Shown one piece after another: positions 49,401 to 61,049 of a stretch of 64,000 nucleotides of DNA. Position numbers and translations under genes: made by a program. The stretch comes from Lama guanicoe. Lineage: Eukaryota. The stretch is taken from positions 124,001 to 188,000 of the forward strand of contig MU053758.1 of assembly GCA_013239625.1 (NCBI GenBank), written 5' to 3'. Under the pieces are notes generated by a model that was not told where the DNA came from, did not search any database, and saw nothing but the letters and a program-made list of their open reading frames with translations. How positions within the stretch are numbered: position 1 is the stretch's first letter; each line of letters starts with the position of its first letter.

Positions 49401-51900
49401 TGCACGCAGGGATCTGGGATATTTCCAAGCACGTGGGATAGGAGAGGAGTTTGTGCAGTGATACAGATTACTCAATTACATAATTTTAAAACGTGGTAAA
49501 ATTTAAAGATGGATGAGGGAATGTAGGTTTTATTTGGGAGACATGTCTGAAGTCAGATCAAGGAGGCTGATGGGAAGAAAGTTGGCTGGAGCATCCAGGC
49601 AAAGGATTGAATAAAGGAGCCAAATATAGACACAAATCCTCTGTGCAGGTCATTAGATGTAGGTTTGGGTGGAAAAATGGGGTAGAGAGCAGTGGCTTCC
49701 TGGGAAGCTGGTGATCCTGAAATTGTTGCTGGTGAGAGCCTATCAAGACTAGAAGATCAAGAATAGGAAATGGTAGCAAAACCTCAGGATCTCGGCATGT
49801 GTTAGTGACTTCATACAGTCACCGTGAAAAGTTTTAGGCTGAGGCAGCCTGTTTTAAAGCAGGTGTACTATAGTTTTGCTCAGACTGGCTTGCAATCCAA
49901 GTTTACTGGAAGTCCTGTAATTTGAAGCCTTGCGGGACTTGAAAAACTGAATTGTCTACCCCACGAGAAAGCACCAACCGGAACAGAAGACTTAGAAGGA
50001 GCCCAATCTGAGCAAAAGACCAGCCTACTGCACTGCAATGCTTTAAGCATTTTTCTGCCCATGAAGAGGAAAAACCTGGAGGGGAAGAGCAGATTAAAGG
50101 TGGACTCCCTGTACCTAGATGACTGTTTTGAATAACATCAAGGCAGAGGCCACTTAACTGAGTGCCAGCGGGGAGGCCAGGTGCAGAGACCAGTGGTTCC
50201 AGAATGGATTTCTCAGTCTATGTCTAGACAAGATGTCCAGAGTTGTCTGAAAGGACAGAAAACCTGTACATTTCAAGGAGTTGCCAATAAGATCTCACTG
50301 GAAATTCAGTTTCCTTAAAAATCTGACTGATGACAGTAAGTGAGTTTTATCTCCTAAGGCCATCCCAGGCTTGCGAACACCACTAACAGGAAGTTGGCAG
50401 TCATAGATGCATAGGCCTCAGAAAGGTCACTCTGCCTAATGCCCATGCAGTTAAGGATTGAGAAGTTAAGGGCCAAGGGGGCTCCTCTTGAAGAGAACCT
50501 GAACGGTTCTGGATGGTGCCAGATGGTCTAAGCAAGCCTCCATCTCTGCCAGGGCTTAGAATCCTGTCGGTCATGGGACACCTGTGGCCTGTCCCGCCTC
50601 TGGGCTTCAAGCTATATATGAAACAGTTTAAGACAGTTTGGGTCAAGTTTCTGGTACTTTTAGGCAAATGCACTCTAACTGATACACTTTTTTTTATAGT
50701 GGCTTCATATATAAATTGTTGGTCTATCAAAAATCAAAAATAGTTGGGGAGGGACCTTCCTAAGAGTGGGAGAGAATGTCCAGAAGGAAGCAGACCCCAG
50801 TCCCATTTTCACTTCAGCTACATGAAATGGACACACCTCTGCATGCAAGGAAAAGGCCACTAGCCCAGCAGCCAGTGAGATTCTCCCTTTCTGAAAGTCA
50901 TGGCAATTTTCTTTTCCTGAGCCTGGTCGTGGGGCGTAAGGAGAGGAAAAACTAGAGAGTGGACTTGAGCGCCCCCTGGAGGCCCACACAATTATTTGCA
51001 CCAAGTTGTCCCAGAATTTGGAGTTAGCAGGGTGTGAGTATCAGAGGACGGCCACTGTCCTGGAGGGATAACTTCGCCTTTGGTTTGGTCCAGGCTTCTT
51101 AGATGTGTCTGAAATTCGAGGCTGGCAGGAGGCCTGTGTGGCAGTTATTGTCTGCGACCTAATTTTTGCTTCCAAACCACCCAGAGAGAAAACCTTTCAT
51201 TTATGCCTTTCTGTTTTGAAAACACACAGACATAAAGAATAGTTGTATTATTTAGGGCACTTTGCTTGTAAGTCACAGGAACCAACTCAAATTAGGTTAA
51301 GTGAAAAAGGAGGATGATAAGGGTATAGTGTTTCACAAAACCCTAGGGCAGGACTGTAGCCAGACCTCAGGAAAGAACCAGAAGGCTGTCAGGAGTCTCT
51401 CATTTCAGCTCCTCTTTGTGCTTACATCGAATCCTTTTCTTGCTGCAGACCGGTGTAAAGGGGCTGCTCCACTACTCCTGAGTGTGAGGTCTGAGGTCCA
51501 GACACCCACAGAGCCCCACTTGATGGTCTAAGGCCCAATTCCAATTCCAAGAGAGACAGTCCGCTTGGCTATTGTTCAGGAGCCTGCTTCTCTTGGTCCA
51601 ATATATTTTGACCAGGGCGTGGGGTCCTCCACTCTCTGGGTGGTGGATCTGTTTCTGGAGAAGAATTCCTGGAAAATTGGCTCACGTTTTAGGCAAACAT
51701 CCTACAAGAGCTCCATTTTAACTACTCCTCCCTGCTGGAGGAAAAGGTTCCAGATTGTGGGACAGAGAAGGGGATGCTCCTGAAACCTACCGATGATAAC
51801 TACAGCACATCAGGACTCCCTGCTTGGGGGGTCGTTGGAGAATGCTGACTAGCATGAAAGCATGCATATCTCCCTGTAGCAGGAATGTCAGCAACAGGAG

Positions 51901-52050
51901 AGCGGGGTATAGCTCAGTGTAGAGTGTCTGCCTAGCATGCATGAGGTCCTAGGTTCAATCCATTGAGTACTTCCATTAAATAAAAAAATAAATAAACCTA
52001 ATCACCCCCCACAATAAAAATGAAAAAACCAAATAAGTTTTAAAAAAATT
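51901..52050 (+). mobile_element. tRNA-derived SINE (Vic-1-like)
   Basis: GGGTATAGCTCAGTGTAGAG...GGTTCAATCC, A-rich tail. Confidence 0.8.
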
Positions 52051-52911
52051 TTTTTTAAAGAATGTAAGTAATTCATTGGGAGACAGGCATTTCTTTTTTG
52101 GAACAAATTAAATATTTTTCTAAACATTTAAATATTTTATTTGTTTTCAACTATTTTTATATATTTAAATATTTAAAAGCTATAATAACTGAAGCCAGCA
52201 AACTATTAAAATAAATATTCTATTCTCTTACTTTGACAAATATATCTTTATAAAAGCAAAATTAAAAAATGTTGTAAAGCTATGTTGTATGCTATGTAAA
52301 GCAAACTAAAAAATGTTTTGTACTTAATTTAAACAAGTCTTTGAAAATTTAAGTCATCAAATATTTTTATAAAAAATAAAATTATTACCATTTTAGCATT
52401 CAATAACCACTTTATACCCAATGTAAAGAATTGATATCACACTTCAAGCATGATAAATCCAGAACTATGTGTGTAAAAAATTAAAGAGCAATAAAAATTG
52501 TTTATTATTTTTAAATATGCAATTCTTGTGAACACCGCATTAATTTTCTAGTACTTTTGGAACCATGAATTGAAAGGCAAGAAAATAGACACTGGGTAAT
52601 AGGCAAGACTCTGTTGCTATGTATGTTATCTGAGAGGAAGAATTTGACCAATTTTAAACTGTGTCTTTTTCTTTTCCCTAAGCATTTTGCAGCTCAAATC
52701 TTACTGGCATCCCAAAGCACTGTCCACAAAGGTTCAGTGCATTTATATGCAATTGTCTTTCGAGAACGTAAGGCAAGAAGTATGGAGAAGCATTTCCCTA
52801 GGGTCTGAGCAGCGTTTCGTCCCCAAAGTGGGTATTTAGGGAAACAGGTTATATCCTAGTGCTGAGTGACAGAGATGCCCAAATGTTCATCAGTAAATAC
52901 ATGTGTTTGTT

Positions 52912-53320
52912 TTTTCCCTTCAGTTTTATTGAGATATAACTGACCTGCAGCACTGTAGAAGTTTAAAATGTAGACCAGAATGATTTGACTTATATACATC
53001 ATGCAATGATTATCATAGTAAGTTCCGTGAACATCTATCATCTCATATAGACACAAAATTAAAGAAATAGACAAAAACTATTTCCTTGTGGTGAGAACTC
53101 TTAGGATTTGCTCCCATAACCACTTTCATATATAACACATAGCAGTGTTAATTACATTTATCATGTTGTGCATTACATCCCCAGTACTTATTTATCTTAT
53201 AACTAGAAGTTTGTAACTATTGACCACCGCCATCCAATTTCCCTTTCCCCTACCCACCACCACTGGTAATCACAAATCTGATCTCTTCTGTGAGTTTGTT
53301 TATTTTTGAAGTATATACAT
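52912..53320 (-). mobile_element. L1 3' end fragment
   Basis: TTTTATTGAGATATAAC start and L1 3'UTR-like sequence. Confidence 0.65.
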
Positions 53321-54733
53321 GTGTCTGTGATATGCAGAGTTCTCTAAAGCACTGCATCTACTGAATGGAGCAATCCAACATCATCCTCCTATATAGCTGT
53401 GGTTATTGTACATAAAATGCATGAACTATTGCATGAAATGATTGTGCATGTCAGTTAAAGATGTAAAAGCTTTTGCAATAGAATCTTTATGACATACACA
53501 ATGGAATGGGGCATGTGCTCAGTTCTGGTTTGGGAGAATAGAAAATGATTGTCAGTCTCTAGCCAGATCTGAAAAATGCTGAATTAACCCAATTTCTTTA
53601 CAGCAAGACTTCTCAGAGCCTTTAATATACTAATGTGAATTGCGACTTTCCAAGAGGAAGATACAGCATGCAGTATTTTTCCAAATTCTCTGACCACCTA
53701 AACATATGTCACGAAGTCTCCTTAATATGTCACAGACACCTTTTCAGAGACCCAGAACTACCCTGGGCCATCTTCAGTAGGAAGGAGTAGAAACCAAAAG
53801 GCAGAGCTAGTGCCGCAGCTGAGGAATCTGCCAACTCCCAAGATAACGGAGAGTGCCACTCTGCAGATGACATGGCTCTTGAGTGGTCAGCAACTGGTTT
53901 CAAGGCCCTGGAACTTAGTGGCTTTGCCACTGCACTTACCCTGTTTATTGTAGCACCTCAGCACATTGTCCAAGTTCAATCCTGGGTACTCTGGAATGTG
54001 TCTTTGTGATAGGGAGTCTGATGCCAGGGAAACCTTTGTTCTGACAGACAGTGGACCACCTCAGTGGTCTCCTCCCTCCAACTGCCTGCAGCCCAGCCAT
54101 CTGCCAGGCTCCGGTGAGCTGACTCCACAGAGCCTTCCTCAGCTGCTCAGGCCCTTGTGACTTATTCCCTTCTCCAAGCCTCTGACCTGGGCTGCCCGTT
54201 CTACTAGTGGACCTACCTGAACCTGGCTGCCACTTCCTCGAGGCAAGGACCTTGGGATATTCACATTATTTGAGCTCACAAGGTAGGACTAAATAAAAAT
54301 TCATGAATGACAGTGATGTTGGAGCTGATCTGTGATACTATTTCCACCAAATAACCCACAAGGACTCAGCAGCCATCTTTTTAACCAAGGATACCAACCC
54401 ATCATATACTTTCCTATGACATGAAATGAGATGATGTGACATACTGTATGTACAGATGCTTCATAAATGGCGAGGCATCATACAAAAGCAGGCAATAATT
54501 GGTAATAATCCAGTCTCCATTGCCCTGATCAGTGATTGGTCCATTTCTAATGACCCTTAGCTTTTGATTGGTATTTCCAGTAATTGAGCCAGACCCACCT
54601 CCCCGACCCACTAGCTGAGCATTGCAATGTTCATCTTATCTGGAGTTTAAATTTGGATAGCCTAACCACCGATTCCTCTCTTTTAGATACCCACAACCAA
54701 TCACCCTAGCACTTTTCTGATGACCAGACACCG

Positions 54734-54939
54734 TTATGTAGAGCAATGCAGATGGTTCTTGAAGAAGTGGAGAGCCAGCTTGAACTGGACCTGGGCTTTG
54801 GTGTTGGCCCGGTATGTGCTGTAGGTCTTCTCCAGGGTTGCCAGCTCTGGGTCCACCACTGAAGAACGGGACTGGTGACCTATAATCACGTTTGAGCATG
54901 ACCCCACAAGCAGGCTCCCGAGCCCATCAATAAAGAACT
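54734..54939 (-). CDS. B4GALNT2: B4GALNT2 last coding exon (EFFIDGLGSLLVGSC...FFKNHLHCST*)
   Basis: EFFIDGLG and FFKNHL.C C-terminus; TAA at 54734-54736. Confidence 0.95.
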
Positions 54940-55504
54940 CTGCCGAGAGAGAAAGTGCAGGCAGGAAATGTGAGCTTCCGCCAGAGACCCAGGGTCCTAC
55001 TGCAGGTCTGGGAGAAGGGTTAAAGGGAGGGGACACAGATTATACCCCTGGGGATACGGGGAGGTTCAGCCCCATGAGAAGCCACCTGCCCAGTCTAATG
55101 AGTTGGAAGGACATGCAGAGAGATGGGCAGAGAGACACAGATGGGCTTCTGACTGGACGGAACCGTGGATTCCAGGACGGAAGGGAAGGAGAGGGCAAAG
55201 AGGGGCAGCTCAGCGGCTGTAGCTAAACAGGAAAAGATGTCTGGAAAAGGAGGAGCAGTGACAAGGTGTGAAAAGAGGGAGGGGACAGCTACAGGGAGAG
55301 GAAGGGGAAGGGTGTCTCAGAGAAGCAGGAACAGCCTCTGGGAGACAAGGAGTCAGAGAGGGTGGAGAGCTCGCGAGCTCCCTGGTTCGCGGAGAAAGGA
55401 CAAGCTCCCGAGAGCAGCGGCACACGGCTTGCCCTCGGAAAGAACAGAGCCCTGAGGTCAGTCCACAGCCCCCGTGCCCGTCCTCACTCGTCCAGCCGCC
55501 CCAC

Positions 55505-55724
55505 CTGAGTGAGCCACCCGCTGCAGGCGGGGGTCGAAGCCGACCCTTTGGAGTCGCTCTGTGTGGGCCAGGAAGAAGTTGACGACGCCACTGGTCACCA
55601 CGCAGCTGGGGAAGCCGTCCAGGGGCCGGAAGAATCCTGACCTCCGGTGGAGACAGTCCCCGTTCTCACCGCGCTCCAGCAACAGCTTAAACTGGAACAC
55701 GTTTCCAAGCACGCTGCCGCCTAC
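55505..55724 (-). CDS. B4GALNT2: B4GALNT2 penultimate coding exon (VGGSVLGNVFQF...GVVNFFLAHT...VGFDPRLQRVAHS)
   Basis: VVNFFLA and GFDPRL motifs; acceptor CAG, donor GTGGGG; 220 nt. Confidence 0.95.
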
Positions 55725-57204
55725 CTGGCCGGTGGGCAGAGAAATCCATGTTAGAGAAAGAAGACTCAATATCCACAGAGCCTCCGCCAGGAAGACTTAC
55801 CGGACTGAACCTCAGTTACAACAAGAATCATGCCCTTTCTCTATCTACCCATCATACTACACTTATACCCAGCCCAGACCGCAAACAACTTCTCTGCTCC
55901 GCAGACCCTACAGCAAGCTCACTCCTTTCAGAAGGCAATTCATTCCCTTCCGTTAGGAGGAGGGGTATTTGGATGCAGGTGAGAGGCAGCCTGCGCGTGC
56001 AGTGGTCCCTGTGTGGACTCCCTGTAGCGAGCCATTTGTCTCATGCTGTCTTCCTCCACCCTCTGCTCCTGGCTCACTTTGATGCGCTGCCTGTCCACAC
56101 ACTCAGGGGAGATGTGTGCATCTGTGTGTTCAAGCCCTGGCAAAACAGGCCGAACAAGTACCTCTATTCCTGAACCGTCATAATCATCTAGCCTGGCACA
56201 GCAGAGTCTGATCATTGTCCCCCATCACCTGCTCTTTCCTTCCTCCTCTTAGTAAATGAACCCTCTGAATTTTAAGGGGACTAAATTAAGGTATAGCCAA
56301 CTAAAGATGAAATTTCCCCACTTCTCTCGCAAGGTTTGACCACGTGTCTAAGTCTTGGTTGAAAGGATGTAATTTAGAATAGAAGTCTGCAGCTTCTAAA
56401 AGGATTACATTCTTAAAAGAAAACTGCATGTCCTCCACTCTTTTCCATCCATACAGCTGAGGACCACAAAGCTGGATGAACAGCGGGGAAGAAATCTGGT
56501 CCAGGACGACCCTGCAAGCAGAGTCTAGTGCCAGCCTGGATTCTTACACAGGCGGTAAGTACACCTTCTATGTTGTTTATGCTATTCTGATTGAGTAGCT
56601 AAGAGACATTTTAGTTAATCTAGATGCTTTGGGAACTGTCCACCTGGAGTGAGAGGACTGGTCACAATGCTACTTTTTATCCATTTTCTTTTTTTTTTTA
56701 TTATTAACCGTTTTATTGAGATATCTTCGACATATTAAAATTATATATATATATTTTTTAATTTATACAGCCTGATGTTTTGATATCAGTATACACTGTG
56801 AAAAGATCACCTCACCCGAACTAATTAACAAATCCATCCCCTCTATGTAGTATAGCTATCTTCAGAAATTTTGAGAACACAATGCAGTATTATTAACTCT
56901 TGTCACCGTTTTCTTCCCTTTTCTATATGTAGATTGACTTTGATGTTTTGCTATTTTTTTAATGTTATTAAGGCCATGTGTGCTTTTACACCTTTGCACC
57001 ACTGACATTTTTTTAATGGTGTGTGGCAGAGCCAGAGCACCACTCGCTTTTGTTCCATCCCAGTCCAGGGAGGAAGTTAGAACTGACGCATAAACACACC
57101 ATTTTAAAGACAAGAATGATGGTGAGTTTTGTCGGGGTGGGGTGTGTGTGATTTGCTTAAAGAAAAGTAAGAATGGAGGCAGAAGGAGAATCACACGTTT
57201 GGAG

Positions 57205-57354
57205 GGGAGGGTATAGCTCAGTGGTAGAGCGCGTGCTTAGCATGCATGAGGTCCCTGGTTCAGTCTCCAGCATCTCCCTTAAATAAATAAACAAGCCTAA
57301 CTACTCTCTCCGGCAAAAAATAAATAAATAAACTGCCACTTAAAAAAAAAAAAA
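57205..57354 (+). mobile_element. tRNA-derived SINE (Vic-1-like) in a B4GALNT2 intron
   Basis: GGGAGGGTATAGCTCAGTGGTAGAGCG head, A tail. Confidence 0.88.
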
Positions 57355-57544
57355 GGGAATTGTATGTCTGATCCCTGATTCCTGTGTGATGGGCTCAACC
57401 CTGGGGCTGCATTGCCTCGTCTCCTGCATCAGCCTCCCCACTCACCTCCTCATCTCTGTCCTCGCACACTTTCCTCTCTTCTCCTCCCTTTCCCTCTCTT
57501 ACTCATCAGATTGCAGTAGGATAGACCCGGCAACTCTCCCTTAC

Positions 57545-57685
57545 CACGTCCAGTTCGGTTTTCTCCAGGACATCCACCAGCACCTCAATCTTGGTCTTGT
57601 TGTTGAAGATAAAGTCATCGTCCACCCAGAGAACGTATTTGGTGGTGACCTGAGATATGGCCAGGTTCCTACCAGCAAACCAACC
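57545..57685 (-). CDS. B4GALNT2: B4GALNT2 coding exon containing the DXD motif ([25 protein letters not shown]...ELDV)
   Basis: GWFAGRNLA and WVDDDF motifs; acceptor CAG, donor GTAAGG; 141 nt. Confidence 0.96.
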
Positions 57686-58437
57686 CTGTGAGTGGAATGA
57701 GGTTAGATCCGTGGTTGCCGGCCCTGCCACAGATTAGCATCACCTGGGAGCTTTCTCAGTTCCCAAAAGCCAGGCTGCACCCCAAACAGTGGCTGAGGAC
57801 CTCTGGGTTAAAGGGAGTTCATGTCTCAGAGACACTGGAAGGAGGACAGTGACTGTCTGGATCAAAGATTGAGACAAAGAAAGGCTAGAAAGCCCTTCCT
57901 TGGCCTCTAGCCAAAATAGTCTGATGGAAGTCCTTGTGCACCTGACAGTCTTTGTGGTTTTCCTTCCATTTCCCCTCCTGTTGCCTGGAAGATGTCGGGG
58001 GATGGGACACTCTGGAATGTATAATATCCACTTCCTTCTGTGTGGGCTTTAAGGAAGGTATGTGGGGAAGAGAGAGACACACGCCAGCGAGTGTGGAATC
58101 ATAGGGATGAGAGGTTCCTCTGCTACTGGATCTGCACATCAGGAAACCTGAGAATGTCAGACACCCCGAGTCACTTAGGAAGATTTCAGTCAATTTCTAC
58201 ATCAAGTGTGAGGAAAGGTGGATTAGCTACCCCGTTAACACAGAAAAGGGAGAGTGACCTGATTTCTCTGTGAATTGGGAGTAAGCAAGGGGACTCAGAG
58301 GAGGGTCCTACCCCTAACCATGCCCAGATCCTGCTGCCTTGGGAAGGCCACTGAAGCAGCCCCATCCAGGATAGAATGGGACTCTGGGGCCTTCTTGTCC
58401 CAGGACCCAGGTGTCTCCCCATCTGGGAGGGACGTAC

Positions 58438-58625
58438 CTTTCCAAAGGGCATGGTGTAATACTCCACGTGGTTGTCATTAATTTTCAGGGGCTCCTTGCT
58501 GTCATCAGCCACGATCACGGTCAAGTCTGGGTAATACTGGCGAATGCTCTGGATCATGGTCTTGAGCTTGTGCGGACGGAGGAAAGTTTTGGTGGCAACA
58601 GTCACCAGGTCTCTGAGCTTCCTCT
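58438..58625 (-). CDS. B4GALNT2: B4GALNT2 coding exon (ERKLRDLVTVATKTFLRPHKL...VIVADDS...YTMPFGK), Sd(a) beta-1,4-GalNAc transferase
   Basis: GT-A fold start motifs TKTFLR and VADDS; acceptor CCCAG, donor GTACGT; 188 nt. Confidence 0.95.
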
Positions 58626-59447
58626 CTGGGCAAGAAAGGGTGGAGGTTAGAGCTCTGTCTTCGGGAAGCCTCACTATCTTGAGTTGCATCGTTCTGGGGG
58701 TTTCTTTTTATGCCACGACCTCTCAAGTGTTTGTGGACCTCATCCCTCTTATACACAGTTGGTGTTTGTTAGTTGGATTAGAAAATAAATACGTTTAAAA
58801 CATACCCAATTTGTTTAAATGTTATGTCTTCTATTCTAGAGCCTCTTTCCTGGTTCTGTTGGCTCCACACTGCTGTTTCCTACTGTCTACCTGGATGTTT
58901 TATTTTATGCTTGCTTGTCTGCACTTGGTTTGCACCCTGCCTTCATGTTGGTACTAGGCTTCAAGATGCACAGAGCTTTGCCCCTCAAGGGGTTTAATAT
59001 GGAGGGTCACGGAGCCCAGGAAGAGGAGACAAGTTCTAAAGGACTCAACATGCCTTATCATCAGCCACACTCCTACAGAGGGAGGCTGCCTGGTCTTTAT
59101 CCTTGGGGAGATGCCAGTGAAAACAGGTCCACCTGGAGATCAGAAGGGCTAGACCAGATTGTGGGTCTTAAGGTGCGTGATTTACAGAAAAGGTTGGAGA
59201 AAGGACAGCTTTTCTATGGAAAAGACCCTAGGCTGAAACAATTGTAGCAGCTGGTGTGTTTGGGGGCTCGAGCCAGTGAATGGTGCCACAGCAGCTGATG
59301 GGGCACGTGGGACGTGGGGTGGGGTGGGGTCAGCTGGAGTTAATGCACGCTGAAGCCACAACTCCTATTGTTTGTGGGTGAGTGCTCCGGAACCCCACAG
59401 CAGAGCCATTCTCTCAGAAAGACAGAAATCAGAAGTCATTCCAGAAC

Positions 59448-59541
59448 CTTTTTTTTTTTTAAATAGAGGTACTGGGGATTGAACCCCGGATCCTGAGCAT
59501 GCTAAGCACACACTCTACAACTGAGGTATGCCCTCCCCTCC
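59448..59541 (-). mobile_element. tRNA-derived SINE (Vic-1-like) in a B4GALNT2 intron
   Basis: GAGGTACTGGGGATTGAACCC...CTCTACAACTGAGGTATGCCCTCCCC. Confidence 0.82.
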
Positions 59542-59562
59542 CTGAATCTCTTTTTTAATAAA

Positions 59563-60173
59563 TGTTGCACCACTACCCAGCACCTCCTGGGTCTGAGAGC
59601 GAGGGGAGAGATATTAGTGGAAATGAGACAGGAAGACAAGAGCACAGCTATTTTGGAAAAGGACCAGGGGAAGGCCTTGGCAAAACAGGCCTTGCAAGCT
59701 AAAGTAGAAAGACCCTGGGGGCCTGAGTCCCAGAGATAAAAAGCCAGGCTCACAAGAATGAAAGATTAACTTCACCTCTCACACGAATGAGTATACCTAG
59801 TTGCCACAAGACAAGAAGCTCAACTATCAATTTTACCTGCTCCTGTGCTTTCTCGCAGAGAATTCTTGTGCCTTTCTTTCCCTTCACAGAAGCACTGCCT
59901 ATTCCTGAGAGCCAACCATGGAGCCACCTGCAGCTGATCAAAGAAGTTTGAGGATTTCTGGAAATTATCAGTGATCATGAGACAAACCCTCCTTTTTGTT
60001 ACAAAAGCAATTCGTCCTTTCTACTCTAGGAGCTGGCCCTTTTTTCCTGCCTTCTCCCTTGTGCACAAGCCATCTATTTGAATAAAAAGTTTTGCTTGCC
60101 TAAGAGTCTCATGGAAGTGGAATTCAGTTCTATGGTACTGGCTGTCCAAGAATCTGGAAAGGGCCTGGTAACA
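59563..60173 (+). mobile_element. Probable ERV solo LTR in a B4GALNT2 intron, antisense to the gene
   Basis: TGTT...AACA termini, AATAAA at 60081-60086. Confidence 0.5.
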
Positions 60174-60280
60174 GAATCAAGCAAATCATGTTTAAGAGCA
60201 TGTCCAGTGAATCCTCTCTTCCCCTTTCTCTTCTTAGGCCACATGACAAGTTTGGTTCTTTTGTTATAGTAAAGAGGGGT

Positions 60281-60400
60281 GGGGGGTGGGTATAGCTTGG
60301 TGGTAGTTCGCAAGCTTAGCAGGCAGGAGGTCCTGGGTTCAAAACCCAGTACCTCGATTAAAAAAATTTTAAAAGAACAATAAAAATTATATATAAAAAA
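60281..60400 (+). mobile_element. tRNA-derived SINE (Vic-1-like) in a B4GALNT2 intron
   Basis: GGGTATAGCTTGGTGGTAG...CTGGGTTCAAAACCCAGTACC. Confidence 0.8.
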
Positions 60401-61049
60401 AGAGAATCAGGGGTATGAATCATCATAGGAGATGGTCAAGGTAGGGGACTCCCAGCCTACTTGGTGGCATTCTGCTTTGAGATTCCTTATTGTTCCAAAC
60501 ACATAGCAATGATAAAGAAAAATGCAAAGATATAGCAACGTTCAAAAATAGACAACATTTCTTCCAAGGAACAGATATCAAAAGCAGTGAGCAGAACCGG
60601 AGCTGGGCCTGCTGCAGTCTGGGGTCAGAACAGCAGAGGAGGCTGGGAGGCTGAGCCTGAGGGTTAATGGGATAAAAGTGTCTCATAGGGTGTGTGGGTC
60701 CACAGCCAGGCTTGTTGCTAGAAGCCATGGACTGGAGGCCAGTTGCACTCCCTCTGTTTCTCACCACATACTACCTGCTGGGCAAGGAACTGAAAACAGC
60801 TATCACTCCTGTGCACATCTCTGGGTGCAGAGATGATACCACTTCACAGTCAAGTTCTGTGCCAAGACACCCTCAGGCCCAGCAACTAGCTCTTCAGTGA
60901 TGCCAATATCATTATCGGACAGGGACCCCAAGACTCCAGTATAAAATGATGGACTAGGAATCTGGGGCTACTGAGAGTAGAAGCAACTGTAAAGCTGTGA
61001 GATGGGAAGGAGTCAGGAGAGAGACAGAAAGGGGAAGAAAGAGGGAGGG

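Noticed and set aside
52080..52850. Very AT-rich tract, possibly a decayed DNA-transposon remnant
   Set aside because: Could not identify terminal inverted repeats or a transposase frame by eye
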